Source: Candidatus Velthaea sp.
GTDB lineage: Bacteria > Vulcanimicrobiota > Vulcanimicrobiia > Vulcanimicrobiales > Vulcanimicrobiaceae
Direction: 5' to 3'
DNA length: 64,000 nucleotides
Assembly (NCBI GenBank): GCA_965214935.1
Contig: CBDCCS010000018.1
Location: 429,122-493,121 of the forward strand
Both the position numbers and the translations under genes were made by a program. The notes under the pieces were generated by a model that saw nothing but the letters and a program-made list of their open reading frames with translations, was not told where the DNA came from and searched no databases. This document shows positions 41,302 to 51,817 of this stretch, piece after piece; positions within the stretch are counted from its first letter, which is position 1; the number at the start of each line of letters is the position of its first letter.

Positions 41302-42159
41302 GTGAATAAGGAACTGCTCGTTGCCGCTTTGCTGTCGACGACGGCGCTGGCCGGCGCCGCGTTTGCCGTCGTATTTGCGACCAGCGCGCAAACGCAGCTT
41401 TGTGCAGCGTTGCTGGTCGTTGCGTTCGGTACGCTGGCCGCCGCGATGGTGGTTTACGAGCACGAGTTGATGCCGCGCCGCGAAAGCGTCGAGGATCGCG
41501 GTTCGCTGCCGTCGGGAAGCGCTCGCGATGATGCCGCGGCAGATTCATTTCTACGCGGTGCCGATGATATCGCCCGTTCGCGCGGCTGGCTGGTGAAGTT
41601 GTTTGCCGGTGCGGTCACGACGCTGGGCGTTGCTTTGCTGTTTCCATTGCGCTCGCTGGCGCCCGCCACCGTGAAGCCCGCCGATTCGGCGCGAACGAAC
41701 TGGCGCAAAGGCTCGCGCCTCGTACGCGAAGACGGAACGGCCGTCAAGGCTGCCGACCTGGAAGTGAATTCAATCGTAACCGTTTTCCCGGCCGGACACG
41801 TCGGACCGCAATTTACCGACGCCATGGCAAACGACGCGACCGTGATCGTACGCGTCCCGCCCGAGGAACTGCATTTACCGGCCGAGCGCGCCGGTTGGGC
41901 GCCGCAAGGCTTAGTGGCATTCTCAAAAGTGTGCACGCATGCCGGTTGCCCCGTCGCGCTCTATCGCGCAGCGGCGCGGCAGTTATTTTGTCCGTGCCAT
42001 CAGTCGACGTTCGACGTGCTCAGCGGCGGACAGCGCATATTCGGACCGGCTGCACGCGGATTACCGCAGCTTCCCTTGACGGTGGCCGCCGACGGGACGC
42101 TCGAAGCATCGGCTGCGTACCGGCAGCCGATCGGCCCCGATAGCTGGGACCGCGCATGA
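41302..42159 (+). CDS. qcrA: Rieske Fe-S subunit of cytochrome bcc complex
   Basis: Three N-terminal TMs, CTHAGC and CPCHQSTF, FGPAARGLPQL. Confidence 0.9.
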   Translation: MNKELLVAALLSTTALAGAAFAVVFATSAQTQLCAALLVVAFGTLAAAMVVYEHELMPRRESVEDRGSLPSGSARDDAAADSFLRGADDIARSRGWLVKLFAGAVTTLGVALLFPLRSLAPATVKPADSARTNWRKGSRLVREDGTAVKAADLEVNSIVTVFPAGHVGPQFTDAMANDATVIVRVPPEELHLPAERAGWAPQGLVAFSKVCTHAGCPVALYRAAARQLFCPCHQSTFDVLSGGQRIFGPAARGLPQLPLTVAADGTLEASAAYRQPIGPDSWDRA

Positions 42160-43544
42160 TCGTTCGCCGAACCGTCCGCTTTCTCGACGACCGCTTGGGT
42201 TCGTCGGCATTTCTCAAAGCGGCGCTCGATAAGGTGTTTCCCGACCACTGGGCGTTTATGCTGGGCGAGATTTGCGTCTACGCCTTCATCGTATTGCTTG
42301 TGACCGGAACGTACGTCGGATTTTTTTTCAACGATTCGAGTGCGCCGACCGTCTATCACGGCCCGTATAGCTCGCTTGACGGCCGCACGGTTCCGGCGTC
42401 GTATGCGTCGGTGCTCGATCTGTCGTTCTCCACCCCGCTGGGACTGTTCGTGCGCCAAATGCATCATTGGGCCGCGCTCGTCTTTACCGGCGCCATCGTC
42501 TTTCACATGATGCGAATTTTTTTTACGGGCGCGTACCGCAAGCCGCGTGAGATGAATTGGACGATCGGCGTGCTGCTGTTTTTGCTTGCGATGGGCGAAG
42601 GCTTCATGGGCTACTCGCTGCCGGGCGATCTGCTTTCGGGCGCCGGGTTGCGCATCGCGTACGCGGTTGCGCAATCGATTCCGTTTGCCGGATCGTGGCT
42701 GGCGCTGTTATTTTTCGGCGGTACCTTCCCGAATCAACAGATGACGCAACGCCTGTATCTTTCGCATGTTTGGATCTTGCCGCTCATTATCGCCGGAACG
42801 ATCGCACTCCATCTGGGCATGGTGTGGCGCCAGCATCACACCCAATTCTCCGGACCGGGGCGTACCGAACGGAACGTCGTCGGTTCGCGCCTGTGGCCGC
42901 AATACACGATTAAATCGATCGCATTACTTAGCGCAACCGTCGGCATCTTGGCGCTGCTCGCCGGCTTTTTTACCATCAATCCGATATGGGTGTACGGGCC
43001 ATATGACGGCTGGACGGTCGCATCGCCCGCGCAACCGGATTGGTATGTCGCTTGGCTCGACGGTTCGCTGCGCTTGGGCCCGGCGCTCGCGCTGCATCTG
43101 TTCGGTCATACCATTCCGCCGCTCTTTTGGTCGGGCATCGTGCTGCCCGCGGTGCTCTTCGGCGGGCTGATCGCCTGGCCGGAGATCGAGCGCATCATCA
43201 CGCGCGACAATCGCGAACACAATATCGACGACATGCCGTACGACAAGCCTTGGCGGCTCGGCCTCGGCGTTGCCGTCGTTATGTTTGGTACGGTGCTGGG
43301 CATTGCGGGCAGCGACGATATCCAGGCGACGATCTTCCATATCGACGTCGAGACACTGATGATTTTCTATCGGTTCGTGCTGGTGCTCGCGCCGCTCGTT
43401 AGCGGTGCTATCGCGGTGGTAATCGGATTTGAGCTGCGCGCGCGGTTTGCCACGCGCGCGGGCGAAACCCAAGTGCGGCGAGCCATATTGCGCCGCAATT
43501 CCGACGGCGGATTCGATGAAGAACGCAGCGCCACGATCGTATAA
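42156..43544 (+). CDS. qcrB: Cytochrome b subunit of bcc complex
   Basis: VFPDHWAFMLGE, HHWAA, GAYRKPRE.NW, QPDWY Qo motif. Confidence 0.93.
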   Translation: MIVRRTVRFLDDRLGSSAFLKAALDKVFPDHWAFMLGEICVYAFIVLLVTGTYVGFFFNDSSAPTVYHGPYSSLDGRTVPASYASVLDLSFSTPLGLFVRQMHHWAALVFTGAIVFHMMRIFFTGAYRKPREMNWTIGVLLFLLAMGEGFMGYSLPGDLLSGAGLRIAYAVAQSIPFAGSWLALLFFGGTFPNQQMTQRLYLSHVWILPLIIAGTIALHLGMVWRQHHTQFSGPGRTERNVVGSRLWPQYTIKSIALLSATVGILALLAGFFTINPIWVYGPYDGWTVASPAQPDWYVAWLDGSLRLGPALALHLFGHTIPPLFWSGIVLPAVLFGGLIAWPEIERIITRDNREHNIDDMPYDKPWRLGLGVAVVMFGTVLGIAGSDDIQATIFHIDVETLMIFYRFVLVLAPLVSGAIAVVIGFELRARFATRAGETQVRRAILRRNSDGGFDEERSATIV

Positions 43545-43587
43545 CCGGCGGGCTCGCCGCGCGTTCGGTTCGCGCGTTGCCGATCGA

Positions 43588-44505
43588 ATGTTTGCGCGCG
43601 CGGCCGCCGTGTGCGCTGCGAACGTCGCGCTGCTCGCAGGCGCGCTGTGTGCGCTGCCGGCGAGCGCGGAGGATGCCGAGCACTGGCTGATCCCCTCGCG
43701 GCCGAGTGTTGCGAGCGGTACGCTTCACGAATCGGGTATCGAACGTGGATCGCCCGCGACGATACCGAACTCGAAAACCGAACTGCTCCGTGAAGGCTCT
43801 GCGATCTACGAAACGCACTGCGCGACCTGCCACGGCACGAATCTCGAGGGAATGCGCGGTGTCCCGGCGCTTACGAACGCCGGTGGCGCTGCGACCGACT
43901 TTTACATGACGACGGGCCGGATGCCGCTCGCGGTCAAAGGCGCGAACGTCGATGAAAGCTCTTCGGTCGGGACGACAATGGCCGGCGGGACGCAAGCCTA
44001 TCATCAAGCGCCGCTCTTCGACGCACGGCAAACCGCAGCGCTCGACGCGTATGTTGCAAGCCGCGCGAAGCGGGTGATGCCGATACCGATCGTCCGGCTC
44101 GACCGGGCAAAGTTGCAATCCGGGCGTAAGCTATTCGAAGAAAATTGCGAGGCCTGTCATGGTGCCGGAGCGCAGGGCGCAACGGCGGGCTATCAGTGGA
44201 CGGCGCTACCGCTCAAGCTTGCCACACCGACGCAGATCGGCGAAGCAATTCGGATTGGTCCCGGTGTGATGCCGCGTTTTTCGAGCGCACAGTTATCAGC
44301 GGGCGATGTCGACGCTGTCGCGACATACGTGCGCTATCTTGTGACCGAGCCGCAAAATTATGGCGGTACCGTTATGGATTACGTCGGGCCGTCCGCCGAA
44401 GGTGCGATCGGCGCGTTCTTCGGTGTCGGCATGCTGTTTTGGGTGGTCTATTTCACCGGCACGAAAGCCGACGGCCGGCGCATGCACGAACGCGACGACA
44501 AGTAA
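43588..44505 (+). CDS. qcrC: Diheme cytochrome c subunit of bcc complex
   Basis: CATCH and CEACH, TGRMP, IRIGPG.MP.F, GP.AEG C-terminal TM; alternative start at 43516. Confidence 0.88.
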   Translation: MFARAAAVCAANVALLAGALCALPASAEDAEHWLIPSRPSVASGTLHESGIERGSPATIPNSKTELLREGSAIYETHCATCHGTNLEGMRGVPALTNAGGAATDFYMTTGRMPLAVKGANVDESSSVGTTMAGGTQAYHQAPLFDARQTAALDAYVASRAKRVMPIPIVRLDRAKLQSGRKLFEENCEACHGAGAQGATAGYQWTALPLKLATPTQIGEAIRIGPGVMPRFSSAQLSAGDVDAVATYVRYLVTEPQNYGGTVMDYVGPSAEGAIGAFFGVGMLFWVVYFTGTKADGRRMHERDDK

Positions 44506-44531
44506 CGCGCTGATGACCGAAGCTGCCGGAG

Positions 44532-46892
44532 CTAGCGAAGCACGGGCTCGCGCGTGAGATCGAGACCGGCACCCGCTTGTTTGATGATCGATGCAGCCGC
44601 TGTGCCGTCGACGGGCCGGGAGAAGTAGTACCCTTGCGCATTCGTGCATCCGAGCCCCCGCAATGCATCGACCTGAACGAGTGTTTCGGTGCCTTCTGCC
44701 GTCGTCGTAAGCGCCAGGCTTTGCGCTAGGGCAATGATCGTCTGAACGATTTCGACGCTGGCCAAACCACTCGTCGCCGTATCGGTCGCTGCACTTACGA
44801 ACGAGCGATCGATCTTGATTGAGTCGATCGGCAATTCGCGCAGGTAGGCAAGCGAAGAGTATCCGGTCCCGAAGTCATCGAGATGAATATGTACGCCGAG
44901 CTCGCGCAGTTGCAGCAGAATGATGCGACCTTGCTCGGCGTTTTCCATGAGCACCGTTTCGGTGATTTCTACGTTGACGCAGTCCGCAGAAAGATGCGAT
45001 GCGGCCAGCGCGTGCTTGACCATATCGACGAAATTCGGACTCAACAACTGCTTGGCCGAAACGTTGATATTGATGCGCAACGCACTCGCGCCGGCAAAAG
45101 CTTGCCGCCATTCTTGAAATTGACGACACGCTTCGTGAAACACCCATTCGCCGATCGGGACGATCATGCCGTTCTCTTCGGCTAACGGCACAAAATCATC
45201 GGGCGCCACCAAACCGCGGCGTGGATGACGCCAGCGTACGAGCGCCTCAAAACCGCTGAGACGATTTTCGTGCATCGATACGAGCGGCTGATAAAAGAGA
45301 CAGAGCTCGCCTCGTTCGAGTGCACGGGCTAAGTCGGTCTCAAGTTCGAGTCTGAGCACCGAAGTGGTCAACAGGTCCTCGGAGAAAATCTCGTAGCGCT
45401 GTTTGCCCAACTGTTTCGCCCGGTACATCGCGATGTCGGCGTTACGCAGTACGTCCTCCGGGCTGTCGGCACTAACGCGACTTGTTGCAATCCCGATGCT
45501 TGCACTCGAAAATATCTCGTGACCGGCGACGATGAACGGCGTCTCGAACGAGTGCAAGATACGTTGGGCCAGCAAAGTAGCCACATGAACGTCGGCGAGA
45601 TCGTCGAGCACGACCACGAACTCGTCGCCGCCCAGCCGAGCCAACGTATCGCCGGCGCGCACGCAGCGTTCCAAACGCCGCGAGGCTTCGATGAGCACGA
45701 GGTCTCCGGCCCGGTGCCCGAGGTTATCGTTGATGACCTTGAAGCGATCGAGGTCGATGAAAAGCATCGCCCATATCCGGTCGGGCGGATGCCGCTGGGC
45801 AACGAAGTGGTTGAGCCGGTCCATGAGAAGTGCCCGATTCGCAAGTCCGGTCAGCTCGTCGTGGAACGCGGCGTATGCCAGGCGCTCTTGCATTTCTTTG
45901 CGCCCCACGATTTCATGCTCGAGCGCTATCTTTTGCGCGATGTTGTGCGACATCGAACGCGTCGTGGCAATCATGAGAATTGCGGCCGTGACGACCGCGA
46001 GAAAGACGATGCTAAAAACGGTCACTTCGTGTAAGCGCAAGGCCGCAAGACGGCGGTCGAGGACGTCGGCCATACCGTCGATGCTGGCATCGTACAGCGC
46101 CACGGCCGTTCGGAAAGTCGCAATGCGATCGTGCGAAATGTTTGAAAAGCTCGGACCCGGCTGTTGCGGCGAGCGCAATGCTGCCGCGAGCAACTTTATC
46201 ACCGCGGACGTCGACGAGCGCTCTTGCGCGCGCGGGGTGGTGAACGCCGGCGCGAGATACGGAGCCGCGCGCAGAGCGATCGTCAAATTGTGATCGATTG
46301 CGGCGGTTGCGGTGTCGAGTTGACCGGAAAGGAGCGTTAGCTCGAGCAGATTTGCCGGCAGCGATAGGTTCGTCGGCGAGCGAACGGCGATGGCGTCGAT
46401 TTTTGCCATGCCGTCGATGAGGCTGGGCAGCTTATTGACCATCGTATCGCCGACGTAGTAGCCGTCGAGAATCGGATCGAGTGTGATCTTGGAATTATCC
46501 GATACCAGGCCGAGCAAAGTGATCAAATCGTCGAGCGTCGTATCGGCGCGCCTCGTTGCTTGAAATTTGCGCTCGAGGTCGGCTAACGTCGCGCTCAGCA
46601 GCAAGTCGCTGCCTGTCGTTGCGTCCATGTGTCGCGCAGAGTGGAAGTCGGCTTCAACGCGCCGGCTTTGAGACGGGCTCAGCGCCGACGTCGACTCGGA
46701 GATGCGTAACGCTTCGAGATCGCCGAGCAGCGGGCGTAAAGCTTTGGTATAGGTGACGCCGATCCGCTCGGAGCGATAAAATTCGACGTCCCGCTGTATT
46801 TGGAGATACAGTAATGCAACGAGTAAAGCCACCGGAGCGAGAAAGATTGCCCCGATCAACGCCATCTTGCCCTTGAGCGAGTGCTGTTGCAT
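44532..46892 (-). CDS. Membrane sensor GGDEF-EAL protein
   Basis: Two TMs flanking a sensor domain (ITLDPILDGYY), DLDRFKVIND, GGDEF, EAL, DDFGTGYSS. Confidence 0.92.
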   Translation of the reverse strand: MQQHSLKGKMALIGAIFLAPVALLVALLYLQIQRDVEFYRSERIGVTYTKALRPLLGDLEALRISESTSALSPSQSRRVEADFHSARHMDATTGSDLLLSATLADLERKFQATRRADTTLDDLITLLGLVSDNSKITLDPILDGYYVGDTMVNKLPSLIDGMAKIDAIAVRSPTNLSLPANLLELTLLSGQLDTATAAIDHNLTIALRAAPYLAPAFTTPRAQERSSTSAVIKLLAAALRSPQQPGPSFSNISHDRIATFRTAVALYDASIDGMADVLDRRLAALRLHEVTVFSIVFLAVVTAAILMIATTRSMSHNIAQKIALEHEIVGRKEMQERLAYAAFHDELTGLANRALLMDRLNHFVAQRHPPDRIWAMLFIDLDRFKVINDNLGHRAGDLVLIEASRRLERCVRAGDTLARLGGDEFVVVLDDLADVHVATLLAQRILHSFETPFIVAGHEIFSSASIGIATSRVSADSPEDVLRNADIAMYRAKQLGKQRYEIFSEDLLTTSVLRLELETDLARALERGELCLFYQPLVSMHENRLSGFEALVRWRHPRRGLVAPDDFVPLAEENGMIVPIGEWVFHEACRQFQEWRQAFAGASALRININVSAKQLLSPNFVDMVKHALAASHLSADCVNVEITETVLMENAEQGRIILLQLRELGVHIHLDDFGTGYSSLAYLRELPIDSIKIDRSFVSAATDTATSGLASVEIVQTIIALAQSLALTTTAEGTETLVQVDALRGLGCTNAQGYYFSRPVDGTAAASIIKQAGAGLDLTREPVLR

Positions 46893-46945
46893 GTGAGGAT
46901 TATCGGCAGATCGGGGGGTCTCTCGTTCGCTGTGGTAGCTGCGGC

Positions 46946-47773
46946 TTAGGTTCGCGCGTTCGCGCGTTCGCCTAAACGCTGCTCGTGCGCGGCCCAGCCA
47001 AAGCCGACGAGCATAAATGCCACGAACATACACAGCGTGCTGCCGATCCACATGATTTCGCCCGCCGCTTGCTGATCGCCTAAGCCCGCGGCGGCATAAT
47101 GCGGATACAGTACGTGGCGCGCGCTGTTGAGGGTAAATCCGAGCATTCCCTCGGCGGGCATGGCGACGAGCAGATACAGCATTCGCAAGGGAAACGCGAG
47201 CGGATGATCGGCCCACGGCGTCGGGCCGACGGCAACGATCGGCAGCCAGAAAAGGAGCGCCGTGCCGAGGTAGACGGCATGTTCGAGGACGTGAATCGTT
47301 TCGTCGTCAAGCGCGGCTTCGAAGAAGCCCGTCAAGTGGACGATCCATAGGCCGGCAATAAAGATCGTCCAGGTAGCGACCGGAGCGGTGATGATGCGAC
47401 CCGCGCGGCTTTTCAACAGCCGTACCATTGCGCGCGCGACGTCCGTTCGCGCGGTGCTGAGCAAAAGCAAGAGCGGTCCGCCCAGCAAAATGCACGGTAC
47501 GCTAACATCGGTGAGAATGAGATGCGCAACCATGTGCGGCGCGAACGCGATATCGCCGGCGGCATCGAGCGGCGATTCGACTGCGACAAGTACGCTCAGT
47601 AGACCGGCACAAAAAAATAACGTTCGGCCGCGCGACCAGCGTCGCTTTCGCAATCGCTCGTAGCGATACGTGCCGGTCAGGTAAACGGCAAACGCGATTG
47701 CAATTGAAACGACGACGATCGGATCGAACCGCCAGCGAGCGACGTCACGGACTGCGGAGAACGCGATATCCAT
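46946..47773 (-). CDS. ctaG: Cytochrome c oxidase assembly protein (caa3-type CtaG)
   Basis: SPLD, HMVAHL, HVLEH, LLFW, DQQAAG.IMW. Confidence 0.88.
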   Translation of the reverse strand: MDIAFSAVRDVARWRFDPIVVVSIAIAFAVYLTGTYRYERLRKRRWSRGRTLFFCAGLLSVLVAVESPLDAAGDIAFAPHMVAHLILTDVSVPCILLGGPLLLLLSTARTDVARAMVRLLKSRAGRIITAPVATWTIFIAGLWIVHLTGFFEAALDDETIHVLEHAVYLGTALLFWLPIVAVGPTPWADHPLAFPLRMLYLLVAMPAEGMLGFTLNSARHVLYPHYAAAGLGDQQAAGEIMWIGSTLCMFVAFMLVGFGWAAHEQRLGERANART

Positions 47774-48905
47774 GATCGTCGTTGCGCTCGAGATACCCGG
47801 CGTCGGCGAGCGCCTCGAGCACGTTTTCGGTAATTAAGCGTTCGTTTTTGTTAGGCATACCGGCCCAACGCAGCGCAATCTCACCCAGATCGAGTGTCGT
47901 TCCCGGCACCAGTAAGTCGCGAATGAACGGCACTTGCAAATTTAGCTTGTCCATTCGCCGCCGGTGCGGTTCGAGCGCCGCGGCGAACGGATCGGCCGCA
48001 ACGATGCTCGGTTCCGTCTCTTCCCGCCCGGTCCGGTCGCCGGCAATGCTCTCGATACCGTTCGAGCTTCCGGTCGCGCCGGAGTTCGCCGCACCGTCGA
48101 GCGCCGTTGCACCGGCCTCGAACGCGTCAACGGCATGTGTGTCTCCGCCGACGAGTGCGGGCACGCGCGTCAAGACGAATTCGGTTATGCGAGGGAAGCG
48201 TTCGGCCAGCGCTACGGCCGCAGTTTGCCAGGGCACTGCGTTCAGAATGCGCGGCTGCTTGGCAACGGAAACGAGAATTTTTCGAGCAACTTCTTCGGGC
48301 GAAACCAGCAGATTCGACGGTGCCGCCGCCATCCCGGCCCGGGACATGAACGGCGTGTCGACGGCGCCCGGATCGACGTACGTGACGGCGACGCCGAGCG
48401 GAGCCAGTTCGCGCCGCAGAATCGCAGTCGCCGAGCGAATCGCCGCTTTGGCCGGCGGGTAGGCGCCGAAGCCGCCGAGCGGTATGCGCGCGACGCCCGA
48501 ACCGAGCACGAACACGTGGCCGCCGGCGCTGCGCAGTGCGCCAAGTGCTTCCCGGACGAGCGCGATCGGCCCGATGACGTGCGTTCCGAATTGGCGCTCG
48601 AGTTCGCTATCGGCTTGCCTGCACAAATCGCCGGTCGACACAAAGCCGGCGTTGTTGACCAGCACGTCGATGGAACCGAATTGCGCGAGCGCGCGCGCGA
48701 CGAGCGGTGCAGCGTTTGCCGCGGCCGCAACGTCGGTTGCGTCGACGGCCACGAAACCGCGCTCCGCTTCGATTTTCGCTCGCAACGTTTCGAGCGCGGA
48801 GCGGTTGCGGCCGACGGCATAGACCGCGTATCCGGCGCGCGCGGCGCGTACGGCAAGGGCGCGGCCGATGCCCGACGATGCACCGGTAACGAGCATTGTC
48901 TTCAC
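47745..48905 (-). CDS. SDR oxidoreductase with extra C-terminal domain
   Basis: TGASSGIG, NNAG, YPPAK, PGAVDT; followed by a linker and an ~80-aa domain. Confidence 0.85.
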   Translation of the reverse strand: MKTMLVTGASSGIGRALAVRAARAGYAVYAVGRNRSALETLRAKIEAERGFVAVDATDVAAAANAAPLVARALAQFGSIDVLVNNAGFVSTGDLCRQADSELERQFGTHVIGPIALVREALGALRSAGGHVFVLGSGVARIPLGGFGAYPPAKAAIRSATAILRRELAPLGVAVTYVDPGAVDTPFMSRAGMAAAPSNLLVSPEEVARKILVSVAKQPRILNAVPWQTAAVALAERFPRITEFVLTRVPALVGGDTHAVDAFEAGATALDGAANSGATGSSNGIESIAGDRTGREETEPSIVAADPFAAALEPHRRRMDKLNLQVPFIRDLLVPGTTLDLGEIALRWAGMPNKNERLITENVLEALADAGYLERNDDHGYRVLRSP

Positions 48906-50131
48906 GGGCGACTCTCCAGATAGCGCGCGTAGGCCTCACGCGTTGTTTGCGGCAGATCGGCGTAATAGGCCGGTTCGAAGATCGCCGGATCGCGCGCCGG
49001 TTTGATGCTTCGCGCTTCGGCGGCAAAGGCCGCAAGTGCCGCGGCCACCGGCTTTTCGCTGCCGTCGCTGCGCACGAGTCCAAACGACATTTCGTGCGGC
49101 GCGCGATCGAACGGCGGCGTCGCCGCGAGCGCGTCGGCATAGTCGGCCCAACACCACCAGTAACCGCCTAAGCGTCCGTCGGCGTGCAGCGCTTCGAGTA
49201 CGGCCGTCGCGTAGTTCGCCATCTCGATCTCATCAAGACACGCGTAGCTTGCGTGCAGCGGATCGTCGGGCAAGATCGCCGGCGGTGCCGGTTCGTCGGG
49301 CAGCGGAACGCGCTCGAACGGCGAGACTTTGCCGGGCGGACACGTCGGATTACCAAATTCACTGAAGAGCACCGGTTTGCCGGTAAACGCCGCGGTGAGT
49401 TGGGCGAGAAACGGGACGACGGCCGTATCCGTCCGGCCACGGGCAAAGTCGCTATAGATCGAATAGCCGTGCATCGTTGCAAACGCCCACGGCTCGCTTA
49501 TCCACGACGGCCGGAGATTGCGGTCGCGCGTGAGATCTTCGCCGTGCAGCCCGGCGGTGACCGGATGTCCGCCGGCGCGTTCGAGCTCGAAGGTTAGGCG
49601 TTTACTCCACTCGCGCGCATCGTCGTTTGACGCGGGTTCGCGCAGATTGCTGAACTCATTGCCGAGATCCCAAGCCGCGACCGCGGGATGACCGCGCAGC
49701 GCGCTGCCGGCCTCGCGCACGTGATAACGCTGTGCCGCGAGCAATCCGCCCCGGTAAAAATCGCCGATGCCGTACGGCTGCTCGCCGAACTCCGTAACGG
49801 TGCGAAAACGGCCGTTCGGCGTCGTGCGATCGAGCGTCCACGACGGCAGCCAATTCACGCCGCTCATGTGTCCGCAAAATAAGGTCGGCATCGTGCGTAA
49901 GCCGCTCGCGGCGGCTAACTCCACAAACGTTTCAAGCCGGCGCAGCATCGTGCGATCCATGCGGCCGGCTTCCGGTTGAAAATCGAACCAGCGGAGGAAA
50001 AAGCGAACGGTATCGATGCCGAGCGCTGCAATCCGAGCAAAATCTTCGGCAATCTCGCTGGGATCGAAGTGTCGCCACATCGCCATCGCACTGCGACGCG
50101 GCCAGTAATTGATCCCGAGGCTAAAGCGCAT
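48902..50131 (-). CDS. Clan GH-A glycoside hydrolase (GH5-like)
   Basis: GINYWP, FFLRWFDFQP, WDLGNE (acid/base), FSEFG (nucleophile), WCWADY, HE..FGL. Confidence 0.8.
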   Translation of the reverse strand: MRFSLGINYWPRRSAMAMWRHFDPSEIAEDFARIAALGIDTVRFFLRWFDFQPEAGRMDRTMLRRLETFVELAAASGLRTMPTLFCGHMSGVNWLPSWTLDRTTPNGRFRTVTEFGEQPYGIGDFYRGGLLAAQRYHVREAGSALRGHPAVAAWDLGNEFSNLREPASNDDAREWSKRLTFELERAGGHPVTAGLHGEDLTRDRNLRPSWISEPWAFATMHGYSIYSDFARGRTDTAVVPFLAQLTAAFTGKPVLFSEFGNPTCPPGKVSPFERVPLPDEPAPPAILPDDPLHASYACLDEIEMANYATAVLEALHADGRLGGYWWCWADYADALAATPPFDRAPHEMSFGLVRSDGSEKPVAAALAAFAAEARSIKPARDPAIFEPAYYADLPQTTREAYARYLESRP

Positions 50132-50192
50132 TGCAGACGGCGACGTTCGCAATCGAGGTCGGCTCTTCCGGTGAGCCGAAACGCACGCCGGG

Positions 50193-50672
50193 ATGGAAGC
50201 CGCACCCGCCGTTGGGATCATCATGGGGTCGACGTCGGATCTCGACACGATGCGCGCTGCGGCATTGATTCTCGCGGAACTCGACGTTCCGTTCGAGCTC
50301 AAGGTCGTGTCGGCGCATCGGACGCCCGATTTGATGTTCGCTTACGCGCAGTCGGCCGCAACTCGCGGCCTGCGCGTGATCATCGCCGGCGCGGGCGGGG
50401 CGGCGCATCTGCCGGGCATGGTCGCTGCTAAAACGAATTTGCCGGTCATCGGCGTGCCGGTCGTTTCGGCTGCGCTCGGCGGGCTCGATTCTTTGCTGTC
50501 GATCGCCCAAATGCCGGCCGGCGTCCCGGTCGCAACCATGGCAATCGGTAACGCGGCCAATGCCGGCTTGTTTGCCGCGCGCATCCTGGCCCTGGCCGAT
50601 GTTGCTTTAACGCAGCGGCTGGAGGCGCGCGCGGCCCGTATCGCGCACGCCGTTGAAACGACCGTGCTGTGA
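50193..50672 (+). CDS. purE: N5-CAIR mutase
   Basis: [32 protein letters not shown]. Confidence 0.97.
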   Translation: MEAAPAVGIIMGSTSDLDTMRAAALILAELDVPFELKVVSAHRTPDLMFAYAQSAATRGLRVIIAGAGGAAHLPGMVAAKTNLPVIGVPVVSAALGGLDSLLSIAQMPAGVPVATMAIGNAANAGLFAARILALADVALTQRLEARAARIAHAVETTVL

Positions 50673-51817
50673 GTACAACGATCGGAATCGTCGGCGGCGG
50701 ACAGCTCGGCCGAATGCTGACGCTCGAAGCAAAACGGATGGGCTACCGGGTGGTCGTGCTCGAGCCGCTCACGAACTCGCCGACGGGACAGATCGCCGAC
50801 GAGCAAATCGTCGCCGCCTACGACGATCTGCGTGCGATCGGCGAACTCGGCGCGCGCAGCGACGTCGTGACGTATGAATTCGAGAACATACCGCTGGCCT
50901 CGATCGAAGCACTCGAAGCCGACCGGCGAGTGGTGCGTCCCAGCAGCCGGGTGTTACGCATCACCCAAGAACGGTTACTCGAAAAGCGATTCGTGCGCGA
51001 TTGCAATATCGCGACGGTCGACTTTGCACCCGTTTCGTCGCCCGGCGATCTTGAAGCGGCGCTGGCGGCAATCGGATTGCCGGCCGTCATCAAGACGACG
51101 ATGGGCGGCTATGACGGCAAAGGCCAATGGCTGGTGCGCACGCGCGCACAAGCGCTCGACGCCGTCGCTGCGGCGCACGGCCGGGCGCTCATCTACGAGC
51201 GGTTTTTGCCGTTCGATAAAGAGCTCTCGATCGTATGCGCGCGCAATGCGGCCGGTGACATCGTTACGTTTCCGGTCGCCGAGAATCAGCATGACGAGGG
51301 CGTCCTCGCGACGACGATCGTTCCGGCGCGCATCTCGGGCGGTATCGCCGAGCGGGTGGGCCGGGCGGCTGAAACGATCGCCCGCGGTCTCGATATCGTC
51401 GGCGCGTTTGCCATTGAATTCTTTCTGTCCGGCGAGACGCTGCTCGTCAACGAGATCGCGCCGCGCGTGCACAACACCGGGCACTACTCCCTCGATGCAA
51501 CGACGATCTCGCAATACGAAGCGCACGTGCGCGCGATTTGCGATCTGCCGCTAGTCGTGCCGCGCATGCTCGTTCCGGCGGTCGTAATGGTCAATATCTT
51601 AGGCAGCGCGAGCGGCGATGAGCTTGGCGGCGTTCACCAATTGCTGCGCGATCCCGATGTCTCGCTGCACGTTTACGGCAAAGCTCACGCTGCGTTGCGC
51701 CGCAAGATGGCGCACTTCACCGTGCTGGGTATCGATGCTGACGACGCGTTGATCAAAGCCGAACGCGGACGCCGCGCCGTGCACTGGATCGACAATCGCG
51801 CCGGAGCGTCTCGCTAA
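50669..51817 (+). CDS. purK: N5-CAIR synthase
   Basis: [33 protein letters not shown]. Confidence 0.96.
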   Translation: MSTTIGIVGGGQLGRMLTLEAKRMGYRVVVLEPLTNSPTGQIADEQIVAAYDDLRAIGELGARSDVVTYEFENIPLASIEALEADRRVVRPSSRVLRITQERLLEKRFVRDCNIATVDFAPVSSPGDLEAALAAIGLPAVIKTTMGGYDGKGQWLVRTRAQALDAVAAAHGRALIYERFLPFDKELSIVCARNAAGDIVTFPVAENQHDEGVLATTIVPARISGGIAERVGRAAETIARGLDIVGAFAIEFFLSGETLLVNEIAPRVHNTGHYSLDATTISQYEAHVRAICDLPLVVPRMLVPAVVMVNILGSASGDELGGVHQLLRDPDVSLHVYGKAHAALRRKMAHFTVLGIDADDALIKAERGRRAVHWIDNRAGASR

